DNA from: Leptogorgia sarmentosa
Lineage: Eukaryota
Reading direction: 5' to 3'
Assembly (NCBI GenBank): GCA_964658305.1
Contig: OZ210885.1
Span: 17,422,001 to 17,486,000, forward strand
DNA length: 64,000 nucleotides
The translations under genes were made by a program, and so were the position numbers. Numbering within the stretch: the stretch's first letter is position 1; each line of letters starts with the position of its first letter. The notes under the pieces were generated by a model. The model saw nothing but the letters and a program-made list of their open reading frames with translations, was not told the DNA's origin and ran no database searches. This document shows, in pieces, positions 48,007 through 60,495 of the stretch.

Positions 48007-49264
48007 TTACATCGTGGCAGTCAAAGTACGAATGAGGCCGCACATGTTATTAGGCCTCATTACCCATGACGCTTTGCGGTCTGCTGTCCAACCTCCTCTG
48101 ATATGACCATATTGTGGGTGGTTCATGATACGGAGCTGCCTTTCTATGAGTTCCATAACGTGTTGCAACGTGGGGTTTAACTTCCATTCATCTCGGATTT
48201 TTGGGACTTTCTTTACCCATTCAATTTGCATATGCATCATTGTTACCCATCAATTTCATTTTGCTGCAAAACCTCCAGAGAAGCACGTAGGTCGTTTCTC
48301 AGCTTACCCAGAGTGTTGCTATCTCCTTTGTCAATGCGAGGACCAGATGTTATTCGTTTTAAAGATGCCTTGACAACACTGGAAGGGTGACCATATTGAA
48401 GCTCTAATATCTTCATGGCTTCGGTATAACCATTTGGTTTCAATTCACAATGTTCGAAGGCGTCTCTAGCTGCATGTTCCACGAAGCTAAGCAAGCGAGT
48501 TATCTTTTTAAATACCGGAAAGTGGGCGGGTTCGCCTCTGAACTTGGTTGGTTGGGGTTCGGGGACCCCCTGCCGCTGTAGGATAGCTTTCATAACAGTG
48601 GTAGTTTCGGATCCTTGCTTCATAGCACTAACCAATTGCTGATTCATTTCAAAAAGAGTGTCTGAAAATTTGTGTTTACAGTTCTTGGAATTGGAGGCAG
48701 ACTCGGGCCATGACGACTGTAATACTTCGGATACTTCAGGAGGAGGAGTAGCCATACGATTGCTACCCTGATCCAACTTACTAGGTAATTGACTTGATTC
48801 GTGTGGGGTTGAAGATTGGCCCGTCTCACAGACGACGCCTCTTATTACTGAACTTGCTAGTCCCTTGTTGTTGGTGCCAGCCTTCGACCTACTGGTTCCA
48901 CTAGAGGAGTCACTATTAGATTGTTCGTTGACCTGATCTCCCCTCGCTTTGCCGTTTTGTAGGCTAGAAATACTCCTATAAAGCTTATCAAGAGCTGCCT
49001 GATTGCAGTCATTCATTTTTTGTTCAAGATTTTGGCGCTGGAGGCTAAGACGCTCCAACTTACGGGAGTCGTTAATTCGTTGCGAATATTCTTCATACGT
49101 TTTCAAATACTTGAGCCAACTCGAGTGTATTGTTTCAAGATTTCGTTCAATTTCTCCGATTTTATGATTATTATAGTCACACGTTTTCAAAGACTCGGTA
49201 GAAGCTTCAATATTTTGGGAAAGTTTAAGCAAATCATGTTTTAGTCCCTTCAAATTTATTTCAT
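48007..49264 (-). pseudogene. Degraded BEL/Pao gag fragment, interrupted by the Kolobok element
   Basis: Coiled coil then PTKFRGEPAHF..K, GYTEAMKILELQYGHP, resembling the gag of BEL element 2 (LPKFSG..YERAKSKLEKKYG). Confidence 0.7.
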
Positions 49265-49268
49265 TTAA

Positions 49269-51272
49269 AGTGCTACTGAAACGAAATTTTCGACCCCTTT
49301 TTTATTGTCTTATTTTAAAGAACTTTCTCTCCTGATTTCAAAACTGCAAACAGAACTCAAATTGGCCCATTTGAACAGATTTTACAGCCTTCCAAAGTTG
49401 CGATTTTGGGCTACTTCCGTCGAACTTTTGCGTCGCCATTTTCATGCCGTGTGACGTCATAAGATGAACACATTCTCATCATGGCGTATAGAATTAATAG
49501 AGCAAAACGCGTTCGTGGAGGAAAACGTTGTGTTGCTGGCGGTCCTAGCTTAGTTAGCTGCGGCAATAACTTAGTTAGCTGCGGCAATAATCAACGCACA
49601 GAAGGTATATTCATGTATCTGTTTCCTAACGCAGAAACAGATGAACAGAGCCGAAAAAATTGGGGAAATTCCGTCCTCAAACATCGGCCAGACTTTAGTG
49701 CCACTACAGCCTAGTGCTTTGTCCTACTTGCTTTGATGATTCATGCTTCGACATGAATCGCATTTTTGTTAAAGAGAATAAGGTTATAGAGAATAAACAT
49801 AATAAATGAGTATATAAATGTGATAATTAACATCATAGTCCATTTATTCAAGTTTAAACTGGCAAGATAGCAAATAAAACAATGTTGATATTTTATAAAT
49901 ATAAATGGAATAACAAGTAATAATATATACAGTAGATTATTTTACCATATAATATATAGTAAAAGTTTGTAACCACTTCTAAGCAACTACTAGAACACAC
50001 TAAAATAATATATAAACATTGCTGGAAAATAACTAGTGATAATTTATGTTCATACATTTGCAGTGTAAGTGTATGCAAACAATCTGAAGTTATTCTGCTG
50101 CATGCCACATGTAATGTTTAGATACATAAAGATGTGGTGATAAAGAATGAGTTCAAATCTTTAACATTGGTAACAATTCAGGTTTCTAAAACTACTTTTG
50201 GCAAAATATTGTCGCAAGGAGAAACATCAAACAGCTCGGCATGCACAATCAAGTATTTTGCAGAATTTTGGCAAGCAATTACATAGCCACGACTTGAATT
50301 GACTATTATTGCCTCTCCTAAGCTCGGATATAACCTTTTATATTGTCCACTATTTGATATTTATTCTTGATAAAATTATAAACACAGGCTGGAAGTGGTC
50401 TTGTGTTGTCCCATCCCAGCCAGCCACACATCCACTTTATTAACCATGTGTAGGCAACAGCTATTAAATATCTGAAAAAATAATGTTAGAGTTAGTGCAC
50501 AGAATTTTCATGCACAATTGGTATGTGATATCTATTATGTATATCCATGAAATTGGTATGTGATATGTATATATATGAGTTATGAATCTTCCAATAAAGC
50601 TTTAGTCTTGGGTCTGTTCCAGTAACAAAAAGAATATTACTGAGTTCAAACTATCCTTAAAAGACTGAGACAAATGCGCAATAAATAATCTGCTTCTCAT
50701 GTTGGAGTTATTTAGAACGTACCACTGTTCAATAGTGACTGTGCCGTCGCTTCTAGCTTCCAATATTCACAGCAATATACCATCAGGATCTTCTACAACT
50801 TTTATATTTCCCCCTGGTTCTTGCAAAGGTTCGTCATCTTAGATATACTTGTGCAATGCTACGTGCAAAGAGAGCTTTTACAGTTTTACCGCCATCTAAA
50901 TCCGACAAAGTGTTTTGCCGTTTTCTGGCGAGCCGACACTGCTATTCCAATCATTACTGGACCTTTTTGCTATGTATATTCTTAAAATTATATAACTTTT
51001 ACATTCCGAAAAAAATCGAGAAAAGATCACTGACAATACCGCAAGCATAATAGAATCTATAGAGAAAGCTTCAAGACGTGTTCATCTTATGACGTCACAC
51101 ACGCCAATATGGCAGATCAAAACGTCTGGCTGCAAAGTCGCATTTTGAGGGCAAAGTTAGTCAGCTTGTAGTCAACGTACAGTGCTCATTTATATATCAA
51201 AATTCATCTAAAATCCTAAATATTGTTAAAAGCGAAAAAAAAAGGGATCGAAAATTTCGTTTTAGTAGCACT
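49269..51272 (+). mobile_element. Kolobok-type non-autonomous deletion derivative
   Basis: TTAA|AGTGCTACTGAAACGAAATTTTCGA ... TCGAAAATTTCGTTTTAGTAGCACT|TTAA; THAP-like remnant 49481-49714 (+) (RCVAGG..C..LFP..W..HR); minus-strand exon ~50318-50471 AYTWLIKWMCGWLGWDNTRPLPACVYNFIK resembling the P2X7 C-terminal-like second protein. Confidence 0.85.
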
Positions 51273-51547
51273 TTAACCACTCTTCGTACTCACATACCAC
51301 TTTCCTTGTACGAGCTGTGCATCACTTCCGGCAGGCTGCTCGAGCCCATTTCGACATTCTTCCTTCTGTTCTAGCGTTATTTCATCCATCTAAGATCGAA
51401 CTATGTTGGGAACGAACCCAACTGAATATCATTTTGGTCATTGAGAATCTCCACGATCATACTCTTTACTACACTCTCATTTTATTTCTTTTAATACCAA
51501 TATCAATAAGTTCACACCAAGTCGCATGAATAAAGGTTCGCTACAAT

Positions 51548-52242
51548 GTTAGCATGGGTAGTTTAACACCCTCTGGCATATCTAGCACTAAGTTTATTTT
51601 AAAAACAAACTTTTTTAGAATGGGAAATGTGGTCACTGAAAGGCCAATTAAAAACGACTTGCGCGGAAAAAATAAGTTTTCTTCACACAATTTGATTTAA
51701 TGGCATGAAAATATGGAGTATGATATACAAGCTATTCAAGTTTTGAGAAATTTGGTACACGCTGAGACGAACGGGCGATGTCCGAAAACTAGATTTTGCG
51801 TTCTTTCCTGCGTGATGACGGATTATTTTATGCATAATTGGATATTTGCATTAATTACCAATGCAAATTGCAAGCTAATTCCCAAAGGTCCGTAATTACG
51901 CGAAGAAATGGCGTAAAATCCAGTTTTTGGACGTCGCACGTTCGTCTCAGCGTGCACCAAATTTCTAAAAACTTGAATAGCTTGTATATCATACTCCATA
52001 TTTTCATGCCATTAAATCAAATTGTGTGAAGAAAACTTATTTTTTCCGCGCAAGCCGTTTTTAATGGCCTTTCAGTAACCACATTTCCCATTCTAAAAAT
52101 GTTTGTTTTTAAAATAAACTTAGTGCTAGATATACCAGAGGGTGTTAAACTACCCATGCTAACCGAAAGTTTTTGGAAATTTTGAGCGCTCGTTAGTTTA
52201 GAGAATGTTTTTCATCAGTAAACTTTTTTTTGATACACCCTG
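51548..52242. mobile_element. Hairpin (foldback) Tc1/mariner MITE, left terminus missing
   Basis: ~275-bp inverted arms 51548-~51823 / ~51889-52163; right end TTTTTTTTGATACACCCTG|TA is identical to the terminus of DD41D element 1. Confidence 0.8.
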
Positions 52243-54574
52243 TATTCCTTCAAATACAGATACTTACATCTTATGGCGATCTCAAGTAAATTTCCCAATA
52301 TCAATCCATGTTTTTCTCAAAATTATCTTACGTAAAGTCTGTTAATGTCAACATGCATGCCTTCGAGTCAAGAAAATGTTTTATCATAAATTATACTAAT
52401 TATGGTTATGGCGCGAAATATCAACTAATTATTATGACGTTCGTAACAGTGACGGTCAGTTATCAACTAAATGAATATCAATCCACCCTGATTTGAAAAT
52501 CCAGGAGAATGTTTAGTTTTTAACTTTCAGTCTTTTAGCTTATCACCATTCCAGCGAGGGTTCTCTTTTCTGCCTATAAGTGTAAAATAGATGAAAGATA
52601 TTATATTTCTAAAGTCATACTATGCTTATGCGCGTAGGAAAGCGATAGATACCGGAGTGGGTGCAGATTTTCCCAGAACGAAGAAAATTTTGAGAATTTG
52701 TCGAGGTTTCCAGAGGTTTTGGAAATGCAATTTTCAAGGTCTCACACACATTATTTGTTCATCTATACACCCCTGTACTTCTCGAATCGGAATATTTTTC
52801 TGCGATAACGATAAACCAAACAATTGTTCAAGTAAATAATTGCTTTGTTAAGTATCGTCTGTTCCTTACATTTTATATTGTAACAGTTGTGAACCACCAA
52901 CCAATGAAAATACAGTGGATCGGCCATGTTGTGCAAAATGTAAAAAAGAGATTGAGAGGAACAACGGTACAGCATTATGGGCGTATAATTGTATGGCTAT
53001 CCGGGTGTCTATGGAACGATTTTGTAAAGGTGATTCTGGTGCCCTCTTGTTCGATAATAAAGGTCGTGTCTGGGATATATGATATTTGGTACATTTCAGG
53101 CGGACAGTATCAACTTCCATTTCGGTTCAGCAACGCGAATTAGCGCTATTTTACAAACTCTTGGGAAGATTTCAGGAAAGACCTTTACTCTTTGGTAAGT
53201 TATCAATCAATATTGACCGAATATGAGGTTCGTACAGTGGAATATAGGACTGTGGTGAGGAAACCGAAATCCGATATTTCAATGTACTGACTGTCACTGA
53301 ATAGGTTGATAAGTTACCAACGCATACATCTTTCCTGAATCCGTAACGACTTAGAAAAAAGTTACTAGTTTCTATTTGACCATTGCTTGTTAGTTTCGTT
53401 GTTCGACCAATTTTCATAAATCTCAAATCATGATGATGACAGTTAAATTCCTGCAGATCAACAATGTGTCCTTTAGGTTTGAAATCCTTCTCTTTGTCGT
53501 TTTTGAAACCGTACAGAGGACAAAAATCATCATCGAGTTCATCGCCTTTCTCCAGTTTAAGTTCTTTAGCTTCGTCGTCATTTAGTTCAGAAATTGCTGC
53601 ATCAATATAAACCTTAACGCATTTACATTTTTCGCGATCTTCGACCACTTCCTTCTCTTTTAAACCACAATTACAACAGTATTTGTCAACCGCTGAAGCG
53701 ACATGAACATTTGCACAGTTTCCACCAATTTTCAGTTGCTTTCAAACCACAGCAGTATTTGCCAATTATTCTTGGACTTTGAGACTCCACAATATCTGAC
53801 TCTTTTCTTTTCCATTTCTTTAACTGTTTCTTGGTTTTTGCGACATGCTCTTTCTGCCGTTCAATGCCCGGGTCTGCAGTTGTTTCCAGCATTTCCATTT
53901 TGTTTTCTTGCTTTTCTAGATTTTTCGTCAAATCATTTACTGTCGATGAAGCATCTTCCAGCGTCTTTGTGAAATCTATTTTAGCTGGTTGAACGATTTC
54001 ATGGTTAGGGTCAACACTTTTGTAGGGATTAAGAACATGCTCACAAGACAAAATGTAACACTTTTCGTTTTCGTCTTCTAAAAATCCACCCAGTGTTCCA
54101 ACACCTTTATCATCTGCATTACCAACCCCAATGCCAACTCCACCAAGCAAAGGATATGTGTATGATTTATTATCATGATCATTCGAGCATGGCTGATAAT
54201 ACCCTTCTACAATATCGAGATGAATGCCGAACAGATTATTATGTAGTTCCTTCAGGTCAGTTTCTCCTAAGGGTTTCCTTCCTTGCAGAACACAGTGACG
54301 CAGGGGATATCTCTCTCAATGGATTCGACAACTTTGTACGAAGCTTGAACTGCGGTCACGCTTAACCTGTTTTCAAAACGTGGAGATTCTTTATTATCTT
54401 TGACAAATCTCTCAGTTCTTTATCCTTCACCTTTTGGGATGCAGGAAGTCGGGTGACAATCTTAGGAAGTGGTCTTCATTGGAGGTCTACATACTGAATT
54501 TCGTAATCTACGAACATTTCATTCACGGCCTGTTTGAGGTCTTCTGGAACACCTTTGTTACCACTATCCACGTA

Positions 54575-56171
54575 AACTGTGTTTCTTGCTTTATTGCAGA
54601 TCATAATATTATTAATTACTTCAATAATAAAAACCGCACAAGTTTGAAATTTTGCACACTGAAAGAGTACTACTAAGTAGGTAAGCTATCAAAATATTTT
54701 GCAAATATATACTATATTTCTAAAGTAATAGACATTTATGTATTTGTTAGCCATTTTCACTGTTTCTCGCTCTATTGCAGATTTGTGAAAATACAGTTCA
54801 TAGGTAATAAAACCATAATTCAACTTAGCAGGGTGAATTATTTTAATAATTTAAATCATAAGTAACAATATGACATCAATGAAATGTAAGGAAGAATTCA
54901 CCAGATATGCACCACAAAATGTTTCCATTTAAAGGAAATCATTTATCAACAAAACTCCCATTTCTTGAAATTACCCTCTGCAGTCTCCGATCAACAGATG
55001 AAGTCAATGTTTTGATTTGGGAAGGTGTTATTCTACTTGCCACATAAACAATTTTATTCCAGAGGGCATCTTTTGATGTAAATTGTTGTCCTCCTTCATA
55101 AACCTCCCTCTTTAAAATTGACCAGAGCTGCTCAATAGGGTTTAAGTCGGGAGAACAAGGCGGCCAAGTCATGAGACTCTCTCCCTTGATGCCCAGAGAT
55201 GCGAGGAAGGAAGTCGTAGCCTTTGCTGCATGAGAGGGAGCATTGTCGTGCATAAAAATCAGTTGACGTAGACGAAGCAAAGGCAGGTCGTCCAACCAGG
55301 GTGACAAATGCTCATCCAAGAACGATATGTATGCTTGGCTGGTGAGTTTCACACCCTCTGGCACTCGGAAAGGTCCAACTAATTTATCACCCATGATATC
55401 CGCCCAAAACATAACTCCCCCGCCACCTTGTTGACAACGAACGCGATGTGGGATAGCAGCTCCGGTAGGACTCCAAACTTTAGCCCATCCATCCGGACCA
55501 TCAAGTGTGGCTCTAGCTTCATCTGTGAATAGAACCTGTTGGAAGTCCGTTTTCATGTACTTTTCTGCCCACGCAATGCGTTTTTCCTTATGCGTTTTGT
55601 TCAAGGGAGGCCTGGAAATGGGCTTCACGTTCCTGGCCATCTCATTCAAGACACTGCATCTGGTCTTTCTGGACATTGGAACAACGCCAGCTTTCGCGAA
55701 AATGGAGGCGCTAGTGCCATTTGGTTCCCTAATGATCTGTCTGCGTATTTTTCGCATATCACGAGGGGTAATGCTCCTTCTCGTACCCTTATCTTTCCTT
55801 GGTGCAGTGTTGGGCTTCTCCACAAAAGAAACCAAGGTTCTCTTATCCCTTTCCAGTTCCTTGGCTAAATCCAGAAGTGTTAGTCCTTCTGCAAGGCCAG
55901 CTACAACCCTTTGCCTTTCAGTTGCAGTCAAACGTCGATTTTTGGGCATTTTCACAAACCTGCAATAAAGCGAGAAACAGTGAAAATAGCTAACAAATAC
56001 ATAAATCTCTATTACTTTAGAAATATAGTATATATTTGCAAAATATTTTGATAGCTTACCTACTTAGGAGTACTCTTTCAGTGTGCAAAATTTCAAACTT
56101 TTGCGGTTTATTATTACTTTATATGTACTTTATGTAATATTATGATCTGCAATAAAGCGAGAAACACAGTT
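54575..56171 (-). mobile_element. Tc1-like DD37E (TRT-type) element, ~220-bp IR/DR-type TIRs, TA TSD
   Basis: TA|AACTGTGTTTC ... GAAACACAGTT|TA; TIRs ~54575-54792 and ~55948-56171. Confidence 0.92.
54939..55949 (-). CDS. DD37E transposase, intact ORF
   Basis: LFTDEAR, QQGGGGVMFW, MHDNAPSH, WPPCSPDLNPIE; 37 residues between D and E. Confidence 0.92.
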   Translation of the reverse strand: MPKNRRLTATERQRVVAGLAEGLTLLDLAKELERDKRTLVSFVEKPNTAPRKDKGTRRSITPRDMRKIRRQIIREPNGTSASIFAKAGVVPMSRKTRCSVLNEMARNVKPISRPPLNKTHKEKRIAWAEKYMKTDFQQVLFTDEARATLDGPDGWAKVWSPTGAAIPHRVRCQQGGGGVMFWADIMGDKLVGPFRVPEGVKLTSQAYISFLDEHLSPWLDDLPLLRLRQLIFMHDNAPSHAAKATTSFLASLGIKGESLMTWPPCSPDLNPIEQLWSILKREVYEGGQQFTSKDALWNKIVYVASRITPSQIKTLTSSVDRRLQRVISRNGSFVDK

Positions 56172-56943
56172 TATAAACACATAACAAACGATTTCTGGTG
56201 AGCTGTTTTGTTGTCGTTTTCATACGGAATAGCTCTAACACAGCATGGATTAGCATCAATGAATCGCAAAGCTAACGACCTTGCTTTCACTGTGGGATAT
56301 AAATTCTAGTAAGTACATAGAAAAAACAAAGAAAATACTGTTAGATTATTTACTATTTTCAGAATAAGTATGTTGTGATCGATCACAAGTAAAAAACCAT
56401 GTTTATAATGTTTTATAAAGAAACCATATTTTATACAGGGACTATTTCTATTCAAGTAGCTCTAATATTAACCATGCATTAATTAAGAATGTCACTATAC
56501 GTACCGTGTCAGATACCTTGCATGAATCAAAAATCTTGTTTTGCGCCGGGTCTCCATTGGATTCTAAACACAATAATTATAATAAATCGTCATGAACTCC
56601 GGTTATAATAACGTGGTTGTTTTTGCGATGGTGACATTGATTTATTTCACTTCCTAAAATACACCTGAATCAACAGTTGAGTGGTTTAATGCAGAACAAA
56701 TTTGAAGTAATCACTACCTAGTAAAACAAGAATTTTTGGTTTACGTCAGCCAGTATTTTTCAAGATTTCTGTGACTAAACTTGTTGTGATGCTTAGTGGT
56801 TTCGAAAAGTTGAGGAAATAAATGAAATTAAATATATTAATATTATACACTTTTCAATAATCTGTGTTTTGTTCATCTTACAATTGAAAAAGGTAGAAAC
56901 ATGAGCTATCATGACATTCAATCCGAGGAAATATTTTGTTATA

Positions 56944-57175
56944 CAGGGTGTCCCAAAAAAGTGACCTTTATAGAAACCAGCTCTTTTTTTGTCAAACGTG
57001 CATTGTTATGCCTTTGGGAATATAATTGAATGGTGCATGAACGATAGAAGTATTTATTACAGCCCGCGCTTTTGTTGCCGTTCGTCAGAAGCTAATTTAA
57101 ATTTCGACAGGTGCAATAACCCGAGATTAACAACAAGAGTAATTTCTATAGAGGTCACTTTTTTGGGACACTCTG
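56944..57175. mobile_element. Tc1/mariner MITE
   Basis: TA|CAGGGTGTCCCAAAAAAGTGACCTTTATAGAAA ... TTTCTATAGAGGTCACTTTTTTGGGACACTCTG|TA. Confidence 0.85.
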
Positions 57176-57464
57176 TACATACGAGTGTCGGTATATAATT
57201 CACTGGCAAGCGGTAAAAATCTTGATTCAATCGTAAACACCGCGAGTAGGCCCTCACACCAGAAACGATCTTTGAAAGTTTGAAAGATTCCTGGAAGGAA
57301 TCATTTTGTTGCAGGTACAGTAAGTAGCGGTTTCACAAAGTTGGTGATGAATTAAACTTAATAAAACATTTTCATTTACTGTGCCTCGTAACTCAAATAC
57401 TTTTACATAACTTACCACTTTTAAACATGCTGAATCTGAATCCGAAGAGTTCCCGCTCCGTAGA

Positions 57465-58035
57465 GTTCCTGTGTAGAAGGAACCACCGCAATGTCGCTCT
57501 GGCGAACGCTCGCCCATATAACCTCTATAAACTCGTCCCTGATGAAACCTCGCCCACATCGACCACTGTAATTGCTGTGTGGCGAAATCTCGCCCCCACA
57601 GCATCTATAAGCTAGTCGCTCGCGAAATCTCGCGCCTATTCACGACGACAAACTCGTGCCTGGCGAAACCTCGCCCACGTCAACCACCGTAATTGCTTTG
57701 TGGCGAAATCTCGCCCCCACAGCATCTAGAAGCTGGTCGATCACGAAATCTTGCGCCTATTGACGACGGCAAGCTCGTGCCTGGCGAAACCTCACCCACA
57801 TCAACCACTGTAATTGCTTTGTGGCGAAATCTCACCCCCACAGCATCTATAAGCTGGTCGCTCGGGAAATCTCGCGCCTATTAACGACTGGAAACTCGTG
57901 CCTGGCGAAACCTCGCCCAAGTCAACCACTGTAATCGCTGTGTGGCGAAATCTCGCCCCCACAGCATCTATAAGCTGGTCGCTCGCGAAATCTTGTGCCT
58001 ATTAACGACTGGAAACTCGTGCCTGGCGAAACCTC
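57465..58035. repeat. 121-bp tandem repeat block 1 (~4.5 units)
   Basis: AAACTCGTGCCTGGCGAAACCTCGCCC recurs at ~57530, 57650, 57771, 57892, 58013. Confidence 0.9.
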
Positions 58036-58395
58036 CCGTAAGGTCAGAGTATTGACATCTCCCAACGCCAGGCCTTTTGCTACCTGGGAAACGTGTGCAA
58101 CAAGATCCTGCTTGGGCGTCATATCCTTACCGACCAACACGGGGTTGCCGGAAGGATTAACCCATTGCATGACAGGCATCTGCGCCACCGATTCCTCGAG
58201 TTGTTCTTCAAATCGGACACTTACGGTAGCGGTAGGTACCCGTCCCTACAACAAACAAACGAAGTCCCTAGATCTGACCCCGAAAAGGTCGGCAAGGACA
58301 TGATCGCCAAGACCCCGCGAACGCAGGGAGGGCTTGCTGAGATACCCTGTTTCAAAGCGCTCATATCCCCGGACCCGCAGGAAAAGACCGAGTGG

Positions 58396-60468
58396 ATACA
58401 TACATACATACATCAACTTTATTTAAAACACGGAGAATCATCATGAATACATAAATACTGGTAAAAAAAGGTTATTTACATATACTGTTCTACCTGATTG
58501 CCGTGTGAGAGTCAGATCGATTGCATAGTAGAAAGGATTCTAAACCCGATTTGAAGGCGTTTGGTGAGGCTAGAGTTCTGAGAGATTCAGGCAGGCTGTT
58601 CCATAGAAAAGCTCCACTGTAACTAAAGGAGCGTCTCAAGTAATCTGTACATGGGTTTGGAACATACAGCTTGCCTTCAGAATTTCTCAGATTATAGCCA
58701 GTAGTGCTCTCTGTAAACATCTCTTGTAAATATAGCGAGTGTTTTTATTTATGGTCTTATGCATTAGCATTGCTTTTTGCTTAAATCGATTAGCGGACAA
58801 TATTTGCCAATTGAGATCATCGAGAAGAGAACTTGATGGAACGTCATAGGATGAGCATGTTATAACACGAGCTGCCCTATTCTGTAATTTTTGTAGCCTT
58901 TCGCTCTGTTTTTTACCAAGGCTATCCCAAACAGGGGCGCAATAAGAAAAATAAGGTTCGATTAGAGCGTGATAAACTTTAATTAAAGTTTCTCTGGTAA
59001 CGAGGTCTCTCATTCGTTTAAGAGCACCAATACCAGCAGAAACTTTTTTCGTTATACTATCAATATGAAATTTCCAAGTCAAGTTCTCATCGATTATTGA
59101 CCCTAATGATTTAGAACTAGAGACTCTATTAATTTGTTTGTTATTTACATGAACTTTAATGTCACAGTTATCGAAGGTTGAGAGTCTTTGATGAGATCCA
59201 ATAACCATGAACTCAGTCTTAGCTATATTTAGACTCAGCTTATTTGCATCGAGCCAAGTTTTCAAATTAAATAATTCTATATTCATAAGATTTTCCAATT
59301 CATTAGGGTTGTTACTTTGAAGACTAATATTTGTATCGTCGGCATACATTCTGGGCAAACCCTCGTTCAAGCAATCTGGGAGGTCATTGATATAGATCAA
59401 AAACAAAAGAGGGCCAATAATAGAGCCCTGTGGAACTCCACAAGAGATTGAAAGAGTTGTGGATAAAGAACCATTGACATAGCATTTTTGTTTTCGATCT
59501 GATAAATACGAGTTAAACCAGGTTAATGCTATTTCATCCACGCCGTAAAAGTATTTTGTGATCAATTGTATCAAATGCTTTCTTGAGATCAATGAATATC
59601 ACTCCATTTAGCAGACCTTTGTCAATGTTTACACACCAGTTGTTTGTAGATTCAAGTAAGGCCGTGACCATACTGTATGTTGGTCTAAAACCGGACTGAT
59701 AGTTAGACAAAATATTGTTACTTGTTAAGTAGGAGTAAAATTGATCATGAACAATCTTCCCAAATATTTTAGCAACCGCTGAAATGATTGAAATTGGACG
59801 ATAATTACATAAATCGCTTTTATCACCATTTTTATAAATAGGTAGGACTTTTGCCATTTTCCAATCAACCGGATAGATACCTTGAGAGAGTGATCGATTA
59901 AATATTTCGGTTAACGAAGGAGAAAGAATATCAGCAGCTATTTTCAACAATCTACCTGGTATATTGTCTGGGCCAGTGGCCTTATTAGAGTTGATCGTGC
60001 TTAATAGACCAGCTACCGTCCTGATACTAATTTCTTTAAAAGAGAATACAGAATTAACAGAGTGAATATAGGAAATTGGATCTGAACTAGTATCAGATAT
60101 ATCACATGCTAGATTTTTGCCTACGGAAGTGAAATATGAATTGAAAGCATTAGTAATTTCGGCTGCATTCGTAATATCTTTGCCGTCAAGATTAATTTTT
60201 TTAACATTGGCAACATTATTGGTTTTCCTGGAGCTTAGTTTGTTAACTAGTCTCCAAGTCTTTTTTGGGTCTTTTCGTGCAGTTTCAAGATTTGTGACAA
60301 AATAATTGCGTTTAGCCTTCTTAATGGCATTGTTGGTTTCATTTCGATTTTTTTTATATTGGGACCATACTTTTTCATCTTGTGTTGTATCAAATTGCTT
60401 TTTTAGCTTATCTCTTAAACAAATCTTCTGCACTATATGCGAATTAATCCACGGAGACTTTCTATTCC
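58396..60468 (-). mobile_element. 5'-truncated CR1/L2-group LINE with (ATGT)n tail
   Basis: RT motifs NYRPIS, QSGFR, FIDLKKAFDT, GVPQGSIIGP, YADDT over frameshifted ORFs 59534-60517, 58687-59592, 58490-58720; ATACATACATAC tail at 58396-58412. Confidence 0.9.
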
Positions 60469-60495
60469 CTATACGTTTCTGGACCCCACCTTCAG

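Larger units (their letters stand above)
52852..56305 (-). pseudogene. Trypsin-fold serine protease (Nal1/Ssy5-like), disrupted by a DD37E insertion, frameshifts and an inversion
   Basis: Minus: GTLGGF..YILSCEHVL..IVQP, YIDAAI, KIGRTTKLT; plus (inverted block 52852-53327): FCKGDSGALLFD at 53020-53052, stop 53196-53198. Removing the DD37E restores FVMCLY|VDSGNK. Confidence 0.78.

Noticed and set aside
52866..53143. ORFs 52866-53120 (-) and 52889-53143 (+) as the protease C-terminus
   Set aside because: Wrong strand or frame; the GDSG motif is in another plus-strand frame.
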